A stretch of DNA of 64,000 nt from Cyanophora paradoxa CCMP329 (Eukaryota > Plantae > Glaucophyta): assembly GCA_004431415.1 (NCBI GenBank), contig QPMI01000662.1:1-64000 (forward strand), in the 5' to 3' direction. The position numbers and the translations under genes were made by a program. This document shows positions 59,870 to 64,000 of this stretch, in pieces; positions within the stretch are counted from its first letter, which is position 1, and every line of letters starts with the position of its first letter. Below the pieces are notes generated by a model. That model saw only the letters and a program-made list of their open reading frames with translations. It ran no database searches and was not told the DNA's origin.

Positions 59870-61463
59870 GAACGGGGCAGAGCGGAGCGACAGCAGGCGG
59901 ACCCGGCGGGGTACGCGTAGGGGTTGTACGGCGAGGGGGCGTAGGCGTTGCCGGGCGCGGGCCCGTACGGGGAGCGCCTGGGGGCGCGCCAGTCAGCTCG
60001 CGGGACGGGCGACTCGAGGCCGGGGCGCGCACTCGGCGGGGGCCAGCTGGGGGTACACGGGCACGGGCTGCAGCGCGGGGAGCGAGGCGACCTCGGGTGC
60101 GATGGGCGCGTCGACCAGCGGGGCCGTGGGCGCCGCCTGGGGCAGCGCGGGGTACACCCGCGGCGTCCGCGGGGCCGGGGCAGCCGTCGGGGCCGGGGCC
60201 GTTGCCGGGGCGGGGGCCGCGGGAGTGCTCGGCGCCCGGAGAACGGGGGTGGGGGCCGGCGCGGGGCCGGGGGCGGGCTGCGGCTGCTGCACCGGCTGCG
60301 CCTCCGCCTGCGCGTCCTCCCTTCGGGGCCGAAGCGCGTCAAGCCGCGCAGCGAGCGCGAAGAGACGCAGCGGTGCTCACCGGCGGTCGATGCTCTTGAC
60401 GCAGCGGGCGATGAGGCTGACGAGGAGGCAGGAGGCGACGGCAGCGAGGAAGCCGGAGACGGCGGCGTGGCGCGCCATGCGCTGCGCCTGGACCTCCATC
60501 GCCTCCTCGCGCCGGCGCTGCACGGACTCCAGGCGGCGGATGACCTGCAGCAGGCACTCCGCCCGCTCGTCGCCCTGCAGCTGCCCACAGCCACCCGCGA
60601 TTGCCGGCACGTCCGCCCGCGCGATCCCCTGCAGGTACCCCGAGATGCGCGGCAGGATCCGATCCCAGAGGCTGTGCAGCCGCGACGCCGTGCGCCGCTC
60701 GTACTCCTGGCAGCGCGTCAGGGGCAGCATGCACAGCGCAGGGCGCGACGCAGGTTGGGGCGCGAACCTCCATGCGCGACTGCATGGCATCGACGGCCTG
60801 CGGGTCGACCTTGCCCTCCATCGCGCCGCGCGCCAGTTCGCCGGCGAGCTCCGCCAAGCTCGTCTGCTGCTTCTCCTGCTTGGCCGGCGCCTCAGTCTCG
60901 CCGCTCCGCTTCAGCTCCACGCTCAGCACGCCGTTCTCGAACGCCGCCTTGGCGCTCCGGACCTGCCGTGCCGCGTGAGATCAGCGCGGCTCGGCGTCGG
61001 CATTCCGGCAACAGGGAACTCACATCGACCGCGCAAGGCAGCGGCACGAACTTCTGCGACACGGAAGTCTGCTGGACCTGCGAAGCAAGATCGGTTTGGC
61101 TGCAGGGCCAGGCTGCACGGGGGAAGCGCCCCGCACCGCGAGAGGCCCCATTTGAGAGGTTGTGGACGAGCGAAGGGTGAAGAGGAGCCCATAGCGCCCG
61201 CCCAGGGTCTGCGCAGCGAGTCGTCGAGCACGGCGGCCGCGGTTGGCGGGGGGGGAGGCAAGCACCTGCGCCTGGTCGAGGCCGACGTCGAGCCCCTCCG
61301 CATCGACGCCCTGGAGAGAGAGCTGCACGGTGACCTTTTCGCCGCTCACATCGACCTTCACGCCATCATCCCCCTCGAGGCTGCCCTCCTTGACCTCAAG
61401 AAGTTTGCGCGAGTGCGCCGACGACACGAGGAGCGCGAGGAGGAACAGGAGCCACGCTCTCAT
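59870..61463 (-). CDS. Hypothetical secreted/membrane protein with Pro-rich tail
   Basis: Signal peptide MRAWLLFLLALLVSSAHS, hydrophobic FLAAVASCLLVSLIA, PAPAP tail; 3' end uncertain. Confidence 0.5.
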
Positions 61464-61580
61464 CCTTCTCGAGTTTTCTTCTATGAGGGGGGTACGGGCG
61501 CCGCCCGTTCAAAGCCGCGGGACCCGCCAAAGGCCGCTGGATCTGCTAGAGCCAGCGCCGCCCAGCGGCGATCGTTCGCG

Positions 61581-63932
61581 ATGGACGCGTTCGCACGCAT
61601 GATGAAGGCGGCGGCCACGTCCGGTACCGCGGAGGCCGGCAAGAGCCAGGCAAAGAAGAAGCAGGCCTCGCAGCCGTCTGCATGCGCAGGCCAGATGAAT
61701 CTCTTCCAGGCGTTTAAAATGCAGGCAAGTTGACGTCCCTCGCCCGCTTTCGCCGCCCAGTTTTGAGCTGGCCGGCAGGCGCCGGAACCCCGCTCATGCG
61801 TGCCGAGCGCGCCCGCGCCGGCGGAGGAGGAGGCTCCCGAGCGTACGGTGACGAAGAAGCGCCCGGCGCGCAAGAGAAGAAAGGATGCGAGTAGCAGCAG
61901 CAGCAGTGACGGGAGCAGCGCAAGCGATGCGGAGGAGGAGGTCAGCGCGGGAGCGGCTCGGGCGAAGCGAGCCAGCAAGGGCGAGCCTGCTAAGCAGCCG
62001 CGGCGCCCGCGGCGCGTTGCTCCGCCTTCAAGCGATTCGATTCAGGTTGGCCGCGCGCCGGGCCTCTCGGTATCTCGCTAAGCGCGCTTCAGGAGGTCGA
62101 GGCCGGCGGCAGCGGAGCGCAGGAGTCGAAAAAGGGCGCGGCGGGAGAAGAGCCGGCGGCCGGTGATGCGCCACAGGCCCCGCGGCGGCTACGAGTATCC
62201 CTGAGGAAGCCACCTGCTGCGAAGCCAGCCCCAGGTTCGAGTGGCCCCGACTCCCGCACCCCAGATGCTCGGCAAGTCTCGCGCTCGCATTGACACTCGA
62301 GGCGCGAAGCTGCACCGGAGGAGAAGACGGAGCGGGCGCCGAGGACCGTCCGTAAGGCGCGGGAGCCGCGGGCAGCGGCGGACCGCGGCGGCGAGGAGGC
62401 GCGCGCGGAGTCTCCCGAGCGGAGACTGGCGCGGCGGGCGGGCCTCTGGAGCTCCCTGCAGCGCCGCGAGCTCAATTCGGGGGCACGCGCGTCGGTCGGG
62501 GACCGCCTGGTCGCCCGAGTCGGTCCGCCCCCGCCGCCCCGCCCGCTGGCGCCGGCGCGACCGCCGGCCGACGGGCCGCCTTGCAGGGGCGCTGGCGCTG
62601 GGGGTGGTGCTGGGGCAGGGGCAGGGGGATGGCGGGCAGGCGGCGGTGCAGCCGTACACGATCCACGTGGACGACGAGTGCGAGCTGCTGGCCGCCGGCG
62701 GCGCCCGCGGCCTCGTCTCCCTTCACCGCCTCCCCGCCCCCTGCCGCTTCCCCGCCCCCGACGCGTACGGCGCCCTCCGGCCCGCCCCCGAGGACGCGGT
62801 GCGAGCGAGCGCGCCGAGCGACGGACCGATCAAGCGGAGGGCTGACGAGCGGGCCAGGATGCGGAGGAGGCGCGGGAGGCTGCGGCGCGGGAGGCGCCGG
62901 TGGAGGCGGTGGCGGTGGAGGAGGCGCACGAGCGGTGGGTCAGCGAGGTGCAGCTCGTGCGGCCGGCCGGCGGGGCGCCCCTCCTCCTCACCGCCTCCGA
63001 CGACGCCACCGTCGCCCTGTGGGACCTGCGCCGCGCCCTCGGTGCCCCGCCCGCCCTTGCCAAGAGTGGCCCCGCCTCACGCCCCGCGCGCCGGCAGAGG
63101 TGCCGGGGGCGGCGCTGCGGGCGGTGCAGCGGCTGCCGGAGCTGCACACGGCGGGGATCTACTCGCTGCAGGCGCACGGGGCGGGGGCGCGGGTGGCGAC
63201 CTCGTCGAAGGACGGGACGGTGGCCGTCTCGCGCCTGACGGCTGCCGGCCTCGTCCTCGAGCGCGCCCTCGGCGAGGTCCACGCCGGCGTCTGCAAGCGC
63301 GTCCGCTGGCGCCCCGGCCCCGGCCCCGACCACACCCTCGCCTCCTGCGGCAACGACAAGGCCGTCCGTGCGCCCCCGCCCCCGCCCCATCCCCCCTCCC
63401 TGCCACCCCGCTCACGGGGGGCCAGAGGTGCTGGACGTGCGGGCGCCGGAGCCCGTGGTGCTGAGGGTGCCGGACGCGCACTCGCTCGCCGTCAACACGG
63501 TCGCGTGGAGCCCCGCCCGCGACCACCTCCTCCTCTCCTCCTCCTTCGGTGCCCCCCGCCCTCCTCCCCGCGCCGCCCTCTCCGAACGCCGAGCGCGGCC
63601 CGCGCTTCGCAGACAACAACATCCACCTGTACGACGTCCGCATGAGCGGCGCGCGGAGCCGCCTCTCGGGGGGGGCCTTCCCGCTGTGCGCGGCGCGGGG
63701 CGGGCGGGCGCAGAGCATCCTCCACCCCACCTTCTTCCTGGGCGGGGGCGCCGTGCTGGCCCCCGTCGACCGCGCCCACCACCTCCAGCTCTTCTCCGCC
63801 GCCGACGGCGCCCCGCTCCAGCCCCTCCCCCTCGGGTACACCCCCTCCGCCCTCTACGCCCACCCCAGCTCCCTCCTCGCCGCCTGCAAGGGCACCCGCC
63901 TCGAGATCATGTACCCCGTCCTCCAGCCCTGA
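61581..63932 (+). CDS. WD40-repeat protein with low-complexity N-terminus
   Basis: AHERWVSEV..LLTASDDATVALWDL, LHTAGIYSL..VATSSKDGTV, LASCGND, AHSLAVNTVAWSP..IHLYDVR. Confidence 0.8.
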
Positions 63933-64000
63933 TCCCCCGCCCCCGCATCTACGGATCGGCACGCGGTACCTACTAATCGCTACATGCGAAGCGGAATCTA

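Overview
Eukaryotic (protist) genomic window with two very different parts. (1) Positions 1 to about 18,990 are an AT-rich endogenous Polinton/Maverick-like virus (PLV) region whose left end lies outside the window. It has a structural module (discoidin-domain protein, two head-to-head minor capsid genes, major capsid, A32-type packaging ATPase, all broken by 1-bp indels) and a replication/integration module (Prim-Pol/SF3 primase-helicase, two RING genes, a Polinton-type PolB with degenerate exonuclease and truncated C-terminus, rve integrase). The replication module is bracketed by two iteron-bearing hairpins in a flip/flop arrangement. A compositionally distinct second PolB fragment follows, and the region abuts a 5'-less host RtcB gene. 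(2) Positions about 19,000-64,000 are very GC-rich host DNA with many short introns, a large fraction of them GC-AG. It contains an inverted duplication of a lysozyme/mucin gene pair, with a 5.2-kb Ngaro-type tyrosine-recombinase retrotransposon inserted in one arm so that the other arm shows the empty site. Ordinary genes follow: Tim44-domain protein, P4-ATPase, RPB5, IscU, NUMOD3 protein, MYST acetyltransferase, GT4 glycosyltransferase, CPSF6-like, Ig-like membrane protein, CFAP161 and a WD40 protein. The best novelty candidates are the AAV-ITR-like flip/flop hairpins, a segment in the retrotransposon leader complementary to both its target site and its own 3' end, and the complementary pair of PolBs. 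All protein calls are by manual motif recognition, and boundaries of intron-rich genes are approximate.
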